This document shows, piece by piece, positions 17,872-27,771 of a stretch of 64,000 bases of DNA; positions within the stretch are counted from its first letter, which is position 1, and the number at the start of each line of letters is the position of its first letter. The stretch spans positions 10,147 to 74,146 of the forward strand of contig SABY01000002.1 of the NCBI GenBank assembly GCA_009928785.1, read 5' to 3'. This DNA is from Clostridia bacterium (GTDB lineage: Bacteria; Bacteroidota; Bacteroidia; Bacteroidales; 4484-276). Made by a program: the position numbers and the translations under genes. Under the pieces are notes generated by a model. That model did no database searches, was not told the DNA's origin, and saw nothing but the letters and a program-made list of their open reading frames with translations.

Positions 17872-20208
17872 ATGAAACAACTACTCCTTTATTTTTTACT
17901 CCTGGCATTTGTTCCTTCACTTGCGATGGCACAGCAGCCGCTCTCCCCGCACACGGTTCGCAAAGCGGCCTTTGCCGACAAAACTCCGCCCCTGCGCGAA
18001 ATGACCGTAATACTTCCCGGCGAACGCAAACGCGCCTGGAAAGATGGCATCATTAAAAATGAATCGGTGGAGATGCTTCCCAAAAACGAAGCAGGACACC
18101 AACCGGGAACATACGAAAAGCTACAGGAAACAAAAGGCACAATAAAATCGCGCGGCCCAATGGTGAACGTGGACGGCGTGGGCAACGTTAATGGCGTCTA
18201 TCCTCCCGACACCGATGGCGACGTGGGCCCGAATCATTATTTTCAGATGATCAATCTTTCTTTTGCCATCTGGAACAAGAGCGGCACCAAGCTATATGGC
18301 CCTGCCGACAACAGCACGCTGTGGCAAGGATTTATAGGTCCGTGGACTGGCACCAACGACGGCGACCCCATAGTAATTTATGACGAAGATGCCGACCGTT
18401 GGATAGCTTCACAATTTGCCATCCAACTTTCTAATGGCAAAAGCTACGAGCTGGTTGCCGTATCGGCCACAGGCGATCCGCTGGGCGAGTATTATCGTTA
18501 CGCTTTTGAATTTGACGATTTTAATGATTACCCCAAACTAAGCGTGTGGGGCGATGGCTACTACTGCACCTTCAATTTTTTCAGCGGCGGGTTTATCGGT
18601 TCTGGTGTGGCAGCCTTTGAACGCGAAAAAATGCTTGTGGGCGATCCCGATGCCAACATGGTATTTTTTGGATATTTCCAAAACAAATTCAGCCTGCAAC
18701 CCTCCGACTTCGATGGCGACCTGCCGCCCGAAGGCTCTCCGGCCTATATTGCTACAGCCAATATTTTTAATAATAAACAACTGGAGATTTACGAATTTTC
18801 TGTGGATTGGGACGAACCTGCCAATTCAACTTACCAGCTCGGCGTGTCGCTGAATCCGGGATATTTTAATGCAGATGTTGATGGCATCCCGCAACCGGGC
18901 ACCAATGTAAAACTCGATGTGCTGGCGCAGATGCTGATGTTCAGACTTGCTTATCGCAATTTTGGCACCTACGAAACTATGCTGGCCAACCACACGGTAA
19001 AAGTAGGCAACCGTGCCGGCATAAAATGGTACGAGCTGCGCAAAGACAACACCACCGATTGGTACATCTATCAGCAAGGTGTATATGCCCCCGACGACGA
19101 CCTGCACCGCTGGATGGGCAGTATAGCCATGAATGCCGATGGCACCATCGCATTGGGATTTTCGGTGAGTAGCAGCAGCCATTCGCCTTCGATACGTTAT
19201 ACCGGCCGCACCGCCGACGCACCACTGGGTGAAATGAATTTTGAGGAGGTAGAAGCCGTGACCGGAACAGGAAACCAAAGCAGCCTCTCACGCTGGGGCG
19301 ACTACGCCAATATGAGCGTGGACCCGGTTGACGATACCACCTTTTGGTTTACCACCGAATATTGCCGCTCCGGCTGGAAAACCCGCATTATCTCCTTCAA
19401 CTTCGACCCGTTGTTGCCTCCGGTGGCCAATGCCGGCGAAGATGCCTCCGTTTGTCAGGATACGCTCTTCAGGGCTTTTGGCAGCGTTACCAATGCCAAG
19501 AGCCACCTATGGACTAAATCGGGCGACGGCATTTTGCCCAACCCGCAAAATTTATCGGTAGTATATTTTAGAGGTCCCGGCGACCTGGAGAATGGCGAAT
19601 TTTGGCTTACGCTTACAGCCACAGGCTACGGCGAAGGAATGACCGCCTCCGACAGCATCCACGTAGAAATTGTTTACACCGCCATCGTCAATGCCGGCAA
19701 CGACACCACCATACATCTCGAATCAGTTTATCAGGCCGATGCTCAGGCACTCAACTATGAGAACTTGTTGTGGAGCACCGATGGCGACGGCATCTTCAGC
19801 AACGACAGCTCATTGCAAACGATATACACGCCCGGCGAACAAGACAAAATAAACCGCACTGTAGAGCTTACGCTAATGGCCTCGCCCCTATCGCCCTGTT
19901 CTTTCGGCGACAGCGACGACCTGGACCTGGCGCTCGATCCCACAATCGGCATTGCTGTGCCGGGCTTAGAAAATTTTTCAATCAGTCCAAATCCTTCGTC
20001 CGGAAAATTTACCATCACCGCCAGTGGCATCAACCGTAATGCAACCATCAATATTCTGAACAGCTCCGGCGACATCGTTTTTACAGAACACACGCAGTCG
20101 TCCGAATACTCCCGAGCATTCGACCTGCGCTACCAGCCGGCAGGCATTTATCTGGTACAAATCAACACAGGAAAAACTACGCTGGTAGAAAAAGTGCTTA
20201 TCCAATAG
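17872..20208 (+). CDS. large secreted protein of unknown function with T9SS C-terminal sorting domain
   Basis: Has a signal peptide. C-terminus ISPNPSSGKFTITASG...PAGIYLVQINTGKTTLVEKVLIQ is a type A sorting domain. I do not recognise the N-terminal domain. Confidence 0.7.
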   Translation: MKQLLLYFLLLAFVPSLAMAQQPLSPHTVRKAAFADKTPPLREMTVILPGERKRAWKDGIIKNESVEMLPKNEAGHQPGTYEKLQETKGTIKSRGPMVNVDGVGNVNGVYPPDTDGDVGPNHYFQMINLSFAIWNKSGTKLYGPADNSTLWQGFIGPWTGTNDGDPIVIYDEDADRWIASQFAIQLSNGKSYELVAVSATGDPLGEYYRYAFEFDDFNDYPKLSVWGDGYYCTFNFFSGGFIGSGVAAFEREKMLVGDPDANMVFFGYFQNKFSLQPSDFDGDLPPEGSPAYIATANIFNNKQLEIYEFSVDWDEPANSTYQLGVSLNPGYFNADVDGIPQPGTNVKLDVLAQMLMFRLAYRNFGTYETMLANHTVKVGNRAGIKWYELRKDNTTDWYIYQQGVYAPDDDLHRWMGSIAMNADGTIALGFSVSSSSHSPSIRYTGRTADAPLGEMNFEEVEAVTGTGNQSSLSRWGDYANMSVDPVDDTTFWFTTEYCRSGWKTRIISFNFDPLLPPVANAGEDASVCQDTLFRAFGSVTNAKSHLWTKSGDGILPNPQNLSVVYFRGPGDLENGEFWLTLTATGYGEGMTASDSIHVEIVYTAIVNAGNDTTIHLESVYQADAQALNYENLLWSTDGDGIFSNDSSLQTIYTPGEQDKINRTVELTLMASPLSPCSFGDSDDLDLALDPTIGIAVPGLENFSISPNPSSGKFTITASGINRNATINILNSSGDIVFTEHTQSSEYSRAFDLRYQPAGIYLVQINTGKTTLVEKVLIQ

Positions 20209-20281
20209 CGCAAGGCGCGAGATGCAGAGCGCAGTGCGCAAGGCGCAATACAATTCCATTATTACCTGAATTTCCGAAAAC

Positions 20282-20313
20282 AAAAAAGCCTCAGATGACT
20301 GAGGCTTTTTTTT
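20282..20313. terminator. bidirectional rho-independent terminator
   Basis: AAAAAA-GCCTCAG-ATGA-CTGAGGC-TTTTTTTT between the convergent genes 17872-20208 (+) and 20411-20920 (-). Confidence 0.8.
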
Positions 20314-20410
20314 GTTTTGGCGGTATTGCGGCAGAAACGCCCAAATTGGGCGTCTTTTCGGGTTTTGTATTTTCGGGGGGAGCGCTTTTCGCCAAGCGCG
20401 TTGCGTAAAA

Positions 20411-20920
20411 TTACTTAAACTCTTTCTTTAGCATTTTTACCCAGGCGTTGACGCGCTCGGGGGTTTTTTCTTTTTGGTTGTCTTCGTCGATGATCAGGCC
20501 AACGAATTTGCCATCTTTAATTGCCATCGACTTAGCGAAGTCGTAGCCCTCGGTTGGCCATGCACCAACAACTGTAGCTTTTTCGGCCACTGCCTCGTAT
20601 AAGCGTCCGGCGCCATCGGCAAAGCTGTCGGCGGAGGCTTCCTGGTCGCCGAGGCCAAAGATGGCTATCTTTTTTTTCTTTAAATCGGCCTTTTTAAGCT
20701 CAGCAATAAAATCCAGCCAGTCTTCCTGCATCTCACCAATTTCCCAGGTAGGCGTTCCGAGCACCAGGTACGCAAACTTGTTGAGGTCGGCTTTTGAGGC
20801 ATCTTCAACATTTATCACCATACATCGCTCCTGGCCGAAGGCGTTGCAAAGAAGCTCAGCCACCTTTTCGGTGCTCCCCGTTGAGGAGCCGTAGAATATT
20901 CCAATATTTTTTTCCATCAC
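20411..20920 (-). CDS. fldA: long-chain flavodoxin
   Basis: GIFYGSSTGSTEKVAE FMN-phosphate loop; 169 aa; acidic. Confidence 0.9.
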   Translation of the reverse strand: MMEKNIGIFYGSSTGSTEKVAELLCNAFGQERCMVINVEDASKADLNKFAYLVLGTPTWEIGEMQEDWLDFIAELKKADLKKKKIAIFGLGDQEASADSFADGAGRLYEAVAEKATVVGAWPTEGYDFAKSMAIKDGKFVGLIIDEDNQKEKTPERVNAWVKMLKKEFK

Positions 20921-21009
20921 AAATAAATTTTAGTTAATGGCAGTATCGTGCCGACACATTGAGTATCGACGAAAAAACACGTTGTGCGCGGCTTTGTTCA
21001 ACTTCGGTT

Positions 21010-21786
21010 TTATCCAAAGATGCCTTGCATCACACCGCCATCCACGCTCAGGGTCTGGCCGGTGATGTAGCCCGACTGTGGAGAGAGCAGCCACGCAGCC
21101 AGCGAGGCAAATTCTTTGGGATCGCCCATACGGCCAACAGGGATGTGCTGGACGATCTGCTGCTGCGCCTGCTGTTCGCTCACTCCCGATGTTTCGCTAC
21201 GTTTTTTCACCACACGCTTTACGGCCTCGGTTGCGTGATAGCCCGGAGCCATAATATTTACGGTGATACCATCGGCAGCAACTTCCTGAGCCAGCGTTTT
21301 GGCATAACCCACCACCGCCAGACGCAGCGCATTGCTGAGCACCAGATTTTGGATGGGTTGCTTCACCGACACACTTTCGATGAAAACGATGCGCCCGTAG
21401 CCATTCTGACGCATTTGCGGCAACAGCCTGCTCACCAGTTCTATCTTCCATCGCGCTACCGACAGCCAGGCGTCGTCCCACTGTTGCATGGTGGTGTCGG
21501 TGGCAGCGGTAGGCGGCGGGCCGCCGGCATTGAGCATCAGCCCATCAATGTGACGGGAGGCTACCTTTTCTGCTATTTTATCGATGGTTGTACTTTGCGT
21601 AATGTCGCCGCTGATGGTTTCAACTTTTCCTGGAAATTCTTTAGCGAAAGCGACCAGTTTATCGGCATTGCGAGCTATGGCCAGCACGTGTGCCCCTTCG
21701 GCAAGCAGTGCGTGGGCAGTGGCGCCGCCAAAACCAGCGGTAGCGCCACCGACAATGAAAAATTTGTTTTCGAGATTCAGATTCAT
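21010..21786 (-). CDS. SDR-family oxidoreductase
   Basis: FFIVGGATAGFGGATA glycine motif, NAGG, and C-terminus YITGQTLSVDGG. The ATG at 21786 is preferred to the TTG at 21804. Confidence 0.85.
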   Translation of the reverse strand: MNLNLENKFFIVGGATAGFGGATAHALLAEGAHVLAIARNADKLVAFAKEFPGKVETISGDITQSTTIDKIAEKVASRHIDGLMLNAGGPPPTAATDTTMQQWDDAWLSVARWKIELVSRLLPQMRQNGYGRIVFIESVSVKQPIQNLVLSNALRLAVVGYAKTLAQEVAADGITVNIMAPGYHATEAVKRVVKKRSETSGVSEQQAQQQIVQHIPVGRMGDPKEFASLAAWLLSPQSGYITGQTLSVDGGVMQGIFG

Positions 21787-21802
21787 AACTATATTTATAA
21801 CC

Positions 21803-21938
21803 AATCAGTCCGAAGTTCAAGATTAGCAATTGCAAAAAAAGCGTTCAAAATGTTTTGATTATTATTAACAACTGTATGTGCAATTGAGAGTAGGATTGCA
21901 AAACTTGCTGTTCCTTCAGAAGATTTAAATTGTGCCCC
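21803..21938. repeat. 136-bp direct repeat, copy A (pairs with 27772-27907)
   Basis: Hand alignment at a constant offset of 5969 nt gives roughly 100 of 130 identical positions with no gaps until the last few bases. Lies 16 nt upstream of the SDR start. Confidence 0.8.
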
Positions 21939-22025
21939 AATGGCTTTTAAGGTAATCTTATCAAGCAAATAAAAAATGAAAACGCAGGAAAATCATATTC
22001 TTGTCTTTTTCTGAAATGAAATATT

Positions 22026-23318
22026 TTACCAACCTGTCGTATAATCATACCTGTAAATACGGATTGTAGCGCTTTTTCCGGTATTGACCGAATTGTACAT
22101 GATGGAACCATTAAGTTTTAAAAGTGAGTTGGTCGCTGTCGAAATTTCTGAGATGGGCATATCCTGTGGAATTTCAAACCTAAGCTCATGCTGGCCTTTG
22201 CCTTTATAAACCTCATTAAGTGGCACCTCAACTACAACACCGCTTTCTTTCCATTCCAAATTTACTTTGGTAACAGCCACCGGACTATCAAATTTTGAAA
22301 GCAGCGGAATTACACAAACTGCTGATGAAACCAGGTCGCCATTTACGTTACCGCCCTCAATGCGGATGTTTCCGCTAATGACGAGTTCGGCTTTGTTTTC
22401 GGCAACATCAAAATAAAATTCCTTTTCGGCTTTATTGTTGGCGATTGTATATGAAACCTTTATACTATTTCCGGGTTCGGCGTAACATTCGTCATAAAGA
22501 TAGCTTACCTCGCAAACAATTTCGCCCAATTTTCTGTCGCCAATCCTGGCGCAGTTCGAATTGATGACCGGCTTTTTGGCATATCGCACTGCCCTTTCGC
22601 CAATTTTAAGGCTGTAACGTACCAACCCTAATTCGCTGCCTGCATTGGCCACATGTACAGAAGCCAGCAACGCCTTGCTTTTTTCAATACCTGTCTCACA
22701 GGTAGCTTTTCGCTCATCAATAAAAATTCCCAGCAGTTTTCCAAGCTGGCTTTGCGATTGGTTGATTTCTTCGACCGAAGTAAAATCATCCAGCAAATCG
22801 AGGGCTTTGTTCATTTCGGCAGTTAATTGCTCATTTTTTGCGCGGAAATCGGCTACCAATTCTTCTAAATCAAAAGTAGTGAATGGGTATCTCACAAAAT
22901 ATTGATATTTAACTTCTTTGGTTTTTCGGTCGGTTAATTTTTCCCAATAAAAATCATCAACTTTTGCAGCCGAAATCCCCTGAAGATAATCGCGTTTCCC
23001 TGACTGCGTGGTAATAACCTCAGAATAACTTTGATAAAGCTGTGAAAACTTGTCGGCAGTAATTTCCTCACTTTTCGAAACCGAAGAGGCAGAAATATAA
23101 TCAGCCACCGAAGTTACAATCTGGGCTTTAACATTTACCAAAGCGTTAGCTTTTGCATCTTCGATGGTTAGCCCGTTTCCGATGCCAATAATCGAACCGC
23201 GCTCCATGCTCATTGTCCAGTCGGGTTTTTTACCGCTGTCTTCGACAACTTTAAATTGCGCCAGAACTACCGTCGAAAGACAAAGTAGAAACAGGGCGAA
23301 AAGTGATCTTTTTTTCAT
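22026..23318 (-). CDS. secreted/periplasmic hypothetical protein (430 aa), last gene of the five-gene operon
   Basis: Signal peptide MKKRSLFALFLLCLSTVVLAQ. The N-terminal region EDAKANALVNVKAQIVTSVADYI is faintly LPP20-like; no other motif recognised. Confidence 0.6.
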   Translation of the reverse strand: MKKRSLFALFLLCLSTVVLAQFKVVEDSGKKPDWTMSMERGSIIGIGNGLTIEDAKANALVNVKAQIVTSVADYISASSVSKSEEITADKFSQLYQSYSEVITTQSGKRDYLQGISAAKVDDFYWEKLTDRKTKEVKYQYFVRYPFTTFDLEELVADFRAKNEQLTAEMNKALDLLDDFTSVEEINQSQSQLGKLLGIFIDERKATCETGIEKSKALLASVHVANAGSELGLVRYSLKIGERAVRYAKKPVINSNCARIGDRKLGEIVCEVSYLYDECYAEPGNSIKVSYTIANNKAEKEFYFDVAENKAELVISGNIRIEGGNVNGDLVSSAVCVIPLLSKFDSPVAVTKVNLEWKESGVVVEVPLNEVYKGKGQHELRFEIPQDMPISEISTATNSLLKLNGSIMYNSVNTGKSATIRIYRYDYTTGW

Positions 23319-23327
23319 GGTGCGGAA

Positions 23328-24404
23328 TTAATTAGTTATTGGAAGGTTTTTGAATTTGAAGATGTTTTCTTTGATAAAGAATTTGATATACTTCACTTCC
23401 TTCACTTTTGGAAATTCACAAATAAGTTCTGTGTTTACATCGGGAATCAGGGTTGCTTCAATCCAATTGGAGCCTTCTTTTGAGGCAATCTTCATCAGGT
23501 CAATTTTCACCTCATCACCCTTTTCGTTGATGAGCATGGTTTGATATATCCGGTAAATTTTTAAGTCAACATCTTCTTCATTTTTGTTGATGAGTTCAAA
23601 ATACAGTATGGTTTTTACACCTACATTTTTGCCGTTTTTATATCTCAAATACAAATTATCGCCCAGATCAACAGCGTCAAGCGACGAGTAAACCGGGCCA
23701 TCGCCATCGGGCTTGTTACTTTCGGAAGTAACCGCGACTTTGGTTTCGGGCATGTTGGCGCCAATTATCGCAGCAGCTTCGTTGGCATTGTCGAAACACT
23801 CACGGCAAACCGGCGGAACAGAATTTAACAATGCCAGCGCATTGGTGTAATTTTTCTGTGCGGCAAGGCTGTTGGCTCTCGAAATCACGAGGTCGCATTG
23901 TGTGTTATAATATTCGATGATGGCTTCTTTGCCTTTTTCGAGCATCACTTTGTATTTCCCGCTGCGCGGATCAATTTGTTTAAATGCCGAGTTGTAGGCT
24001 GCCGTTTCGGTATTTCCGGCACCTTTGAGGGCTTGCGTCGCAGTGGCATAAACATTTCCGGTGTATCGGTCGGCTATATTTAAAACCAACTCCATGTTGT
24101 AGGTGTACAAAACTGGTGTTGTTGGCGTAACGTCGCTGCTGATAATCATCAGTTCGGGATTCATAATAAAAAGCGGGGCGTCATCCATGGCACTCAATCC
24201 GTTTAAGCCAATCATTTGTCGCATTTTTCCAAGTAACATTTCCTGAGCACCCTGTGGCATTTTCATCAATTCTTCGGGAATAACCGGAGCAATGGCAATT
24301 CTGGCGTTGTCATCACTTTTTCCTGAACTGTTTTGTGCATGAGCAAAGTTGAAAAGCATCAAAGCTATCAAAATGGCCGGCAAAATATTTTTTATCGTTT
24401 TCAT
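23328..24404 (-). CDS. secreted hypothetical protein (358 aa)
   Basis: Signal peptide ...LFNFAHAQ. ARIAIAPVIPEE is faintly CsgG/LpoB-like. Cys cluster QCDLV...PPVCRECF. 9 nt upstream of the next gene. Confidence 0.6.
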   Translation of the reverse strand: MKTIKNILPAILIALMLFNFAHAQNSSGKSDDNARIAIAPVIPEELMKMPQGAQEMLLGKMRQMIGLNGLSAMDDAPLFIMNPELMIISSDVTPTTPVLYTYNMELVLNIADRYTGNVYATATQALKGAGNTETAAYNSAFKQIDPRSGKYKVMLEKGKEAIIEYYNTQCDLVISRANSLAAQKNYTNALALLNSVPPVCRECFDNANEAAAIIGANMPETKVAVTSESNKPDGDGPVYSSLDAVDLGDNLYLRYKNGKNVGVKTILYFELINKNEEDVDLKIYRIYQTMLINEKGDEVKIDLMKIASKEGSNWIEATLIPDVNTELICEFPKVKEVKYIKFFIKENIFKFKNLPITN

Positions 24405-24422
24405 ACTTGTAATTTTTAAAAA

Positions 24423-25391
24423 TTATTTTTCACCAAGAATAAGCCAGGCTTCGCCCAGCCCGCGCTGATAAATTTTCGATTCGATATTAAAAGGTTCGGC
24501 AGCAAGGTACTTCGACAGGTTTGAAGCAAATCTCCGTGTATCCATAGCTGTTTCGCGGTTATTGTTTATAAAAGTCATCGGGATACGAACCTGCTCAAAT
24601 CGCATCATGCTTTCGGTGGCATCCACAGTCGAAAACCTCCCGGAAACGGTGTTTTCGACCATCCAGTTTTCGATGTGAAAACTCAGCATGTCGGTGGTTT
24701 CATTTACATCAAAATCCTGTTCGAGGTCAACATCGGCGTTATCCCAAACCCTTATTACAAGTTTAACTTCACGACCATTTTTAAACATATCGTCAAAAAA
24801 TGTCATCAACTGGCCATTAAAATCATCCATGTGGCTCAGAACGGCTTCTTCGAGCAATAGGTCAACAGAGGCTGATGAAGACGGCGCACCAGCACCTGCC
24901 ACCCCTGCAACTTGTTTGTTTGTGTATGCGTCTAACCCCTTCAGGGTAAAGGTGATGTAATAATTCGGGCCTTGCCGCTTTACGATGAAATCGAGGTCGA
25001 GGATAATATCGGCCTTGGCGGTTCTTTTCAAAATATCAATTGGGGTTTCGTCGATGGCAGCCCCTGAACTTTTGGATTGCAGCATCGAAATTTCGGCGCT
25101 TTCGCTCTCGATACTTTTAAGCGCTTGCTCTAAATCTTTTAACGGGAAACCTCTTTCGGCCATGATTGCACCCATTTTAATCATTACCAGGCGTAGTTCG
25201 TCACTTTGCTGCAAAGCCATTTTGTAATCGGGCAAAACCTGATCTCTTCCGTTGGCATTTACCGTCATGGTGTATCCATTTTGAACGCAGAAATTATCGC
25301 TTGGAACAACCATGATGATTGGTTTTTTGGCCTGACCAAACATCATTATTGCCACCAGGACAAATGCAATCGTAAATATAATTTTCTTCAT
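24423..25391 (-). CDS. secreted hypothetical protein (322 aa)
   Basis: Signal peptide MKKIIFTIAFVLVAIMMFGQA. No recognised domain; possibly a Bacteroidota DUF family, which I cannot verify. Confidence 0.6.
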   Translation of the reverse strand: MKKIIFTIAFVLVAIMMFGQAKKPIIMVVPSDNFCVQNGYTMTVNANGRDQVLPDYKMALQQSDELRLVMIKMGAIMAERGFPLKDLEQALKSIESESAEISMLQSKSSGAAIDETPIDILKRTAKADIILDLDFIVKRQGPNYYITFTLKGLDAYTNKQVAGVAGAGAPSSSASVDLLLEEAVLSHMDDFNGQLMTFFDDMFKNGREVKLVIRVWDNADVDLEQDFDVNETTDMLSFHIENWMVENTVSGRFSTVDATESMMRFEQVRIPMTFINNNRETAMDTRRFASNLSKYLAAEPFNIESKIYQRGLGEAWLILGEK

Positions 25392-25440
25392 ATTTTTTAT
25401 CTTTTAATAGAATAGAACGATTTATGAGTTTTTATCCTGC

Positions 25441-25950
25441 TTAAAATCCGGCATCCATTTTTTTGGCAATTCCCTTTTCTTCGAGGTATTTGCGCAATTG
25501 GTTATAATTTACTGATGCACTGAGTGCCACTTTGTAACCTTTATTCATTTTTACGCGGTCGGCTCCGCCGGGCATACCGTCGGTGGTGCTGTTTACAAAA
25601 CTCAGATACATTCCGCCGGCCTTAAAAAAGTCGTCGAAAAAATCCATGTTTGTTTCATAACCATCAATCGGAAGTATTGAAGGTGTTGGAGCAGCGCCGT
25701 TTCCGCCAGGAACGCCTCTGAAGATAACAGCAGCAACTGCATTTCTCTTGGCCTCGTAAAGAGCATCATCAGCCTTTTTTCCATAACCCCATATTTTTAC
25801 CAGCTTGGTACCATCCTGACCAACGCCAAGACACTGTATCTCATAATTAAATTTGCTATCGTACATAGCTTTGCGCTCTTTACGCGATTGAGCATTTACA
25901 CTTGTAAAGGCAAAAATTGCCAGAAATGCGATGAGTAGTGTTTTGTTCAT
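25441..25950 (-). CDS. small secreted hypothetical protein (169 aa)
   Basis: Signal peptide MNKTLLIAFLAIFAFTSVNAQ. DALYEAKRNAVAAVIF is a faintly LPP20-like helix. Confidence 0.6.
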   Translation of the reverse strand: MNKTLLIAFLAIFAFTSVNAQSRKERKAMYDSKFNYEIQCLGVGQDGTKLVKIWGYGKKADDALYEAKRNAVAAVIFRGVPGGNGAAPTPSILPIDGYETNMDFFDDFFKAGGMYLSFVNSTTDGMPGGADRVKMNKGYKVALSASVNYNQLRKYLEEKGIAKKMDAGF

Positions 25951-25969
25951 AATTTAGATTTTTATAATT

Positions 25970-27625
25970 TTAGAATTCAAGTCGTAAGCCAAACATCAGG
26001 CTCATGCCTGAGCGGTCGGTAAATTGATCGGTCCAGGTAAAATCTTCTGTTACTTTGTCGCCATCTTCTGTTTCGGTATCAACATTGCCAAAGGGAGCAT
26101 AAAAATTAAGATGGCCCATTATCGAAAGATTATGGGTAATATTTATACCTAAGATGCCTCCGCCTTTCATGTAGCTTGTGCTGATGTCTTTGTAATGATC
26201 AGTGCTTGTTGATTCGATTCCATAAGCTGCATAAGGTGTTAATTCGACAATTCTTGCCAAGCGGATTCCTTTTCCAAGTCCAAATGAATATCTTAAGAAA
26301 GTGAAATCATCTTCAGTAAAATAAGTGTCCTCGTACGTTTGGGCATCAAAACCAATATCAGCCATCAGATATAGTGAAGGAACATTTAAAAACATACCGG
26401 CCCTAAACCAAAGCTGGGCATCAAATCCGCCAATGCCGCCTACTTCATAGCCGGCGATCAGCGAAAGTCCGAAATCGTTGCGTTGCTGCATCACCATGCC
26501 CTGGCGCACTGTGCCGCCGTAAACCTGATAAAACTTGCTTTCGCCGCTTGCACCGGTGGCTACACCACGGTTATCGGTAATTTTTCCCGTGGCTCTTACG
26601 ACGGCTTTCCGGTTCTGATCGGCTGTTCCGGTTTTCTCATTCCACACATATTCGTAAACAAAATATCGTTGGTCGCATCTCAGACCCTCTTTTTTACCAA
26701 TTTTCGATCGGATAGGATGCGTCCCCGAAACGTTCATTTTAACACGGAAAGGTTCCAGGTCTTTGTCGATGTTGAATAACGCATCATCGTACATTTGTTT
26801 GACTGCTTCATCTAAAAGCTGGTCGGAAGTTTTAGGGTTTTTCGTGAGCGCATAAATCTCGGTACTCGTTGCCGACATTCCTTGTTTTCCGTAAAATGAG
26901 GATAATGAAAATGAAAGAGTATCGAAAGCTGCAATTTTTGCATCTTTAATATTGGCAGGGTCATCATCAAACGGCCATTGCTCGTAAAAGCGGCTCACAA
27001 CCTCACTGTCGAAATTGAGTTTGTACAGAAAAACATCAAAAGTCGAACTCCAGCCATGTGATGTTTTGTCGTCGCTGTAGATTAATTCTTTTGGTGAGAT
27101 TACAAGGACGTAGGTTTTATTCACCAGCTTTTCGCCTGCGTCAAATAATACTGCTTCGCCTCGTTTGGCTGCACCCGACATCATAACATCCTGGTCGGAA
27201 GCATTGTAAAGCCCGCATTGATGGATATAATCGAGATTAAACATCCCGTCGGGCTGCCTGCTAAACCATTTGGCAATCATTTTTCTACCGATACCTTCCT
27301 TATCGAGATACTTTTTCAGTTCAATTTTTTTTGCGTCATAGCTTAAGTCTTTAAAATTCTTATTTAGTTCGATGGAAATTTCGTTCAGGTTGTGATTGAA
27401 ATACTTGTCGGTGAAGGCAATTTTTTTGGCCGATAAAGCTGCTTTCTCGCTGTTGTTGTCGCCCGGAAAAGTCGTAAAAAACAAGGTAACTGATGGTCTT
27501 GAGTATTCACTTTCAGATTTTTGCGGGTTATCCTGGCCAAACGCATCCTTTGATGACATGCCGTAAGTAAGGAACAGAAAAACAATCCCCAAAACATAAT
27601 GTAATGATGTTTTCATAAAAAGCAT
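25970..27625 (-). CDS. signal-peptide protein with C-terminal outer-membrane beta-barrel (551 aa), first gene of the operon
   Basis: Has a signal peptide. The last ~170 aa show an alternating hydrophobic beta-strand pattern ending FGLRLEF (C-terminal Phe, the outer-membrane protein signature). Confidence 0.65.
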   Translation of the reverse strand: MLFMKTSLHYVLGIVFLFLTYGMSSKDAFGQDNPQKSESEYSRPSVTLFFTTFPGDNNSEKAALSAKKIAFTDKYFNHNLNEISIELNKNFKDLSYDAKKIELKKYLDKEGIGRKMIAKWFSRQPDGMFNLDYIHQCGLYNASDQDVMMSGAAKRGEAVLFDAGEKLVNKTYVLVISPKELIYSDDKTSHGWSSTFDVFLYKLNFDSEVVSRFYEQWPFDDDPANIKDAKIAAFDTLSFSLSSFYGKQGMSATSTEIYALTKNPKTSDQLLDEAVKQMYDDALFNIDKDLEPFRVKMNVSGTHPIRSKIGKKEGLRCDQRYFVYEYVWNEKTGTADQNRKAVVRATGKITDNRGVATGASGESKFYQVYGGTVRQGMVMQQRNDFGLSLIAGYEVGGIGGFDAQLWFRAGMFLNVPSLYLMADIGFDAQTYEDTYFTEDDFTFLRYSFGLGKGIRLARIVELTPYAAYGIESTSTDHYKDISTSYMKGGGILGINITHNLSIMGHLNFYAPFGNVDTETEDGDKVTEDFTWTDQFTDRSGMSLMFGLRLEF

Positions 27626-27771
27626 TTTAGTTAATATTTATCTTTTTTGATTATCAGGACCAAATGGTTTCGCTTAAAACAATGCAAAAACAGCATAGGC
27701 AAAATTAACTTTATTTTAACAGTTGAAAAGATTAAGCTAAAAAAAATGATTTAACATGATTTTTCGTAACT

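Noticed and set aside
20959-21858. 299-aa + strand ORF
   Set aside because: It is antisense to a clear SDR gene (21010-21786) with canonical Rossmann and catalytic motifs. Its translation is R/H/G/A-rich with no motifs, typical of a shadow ORF.
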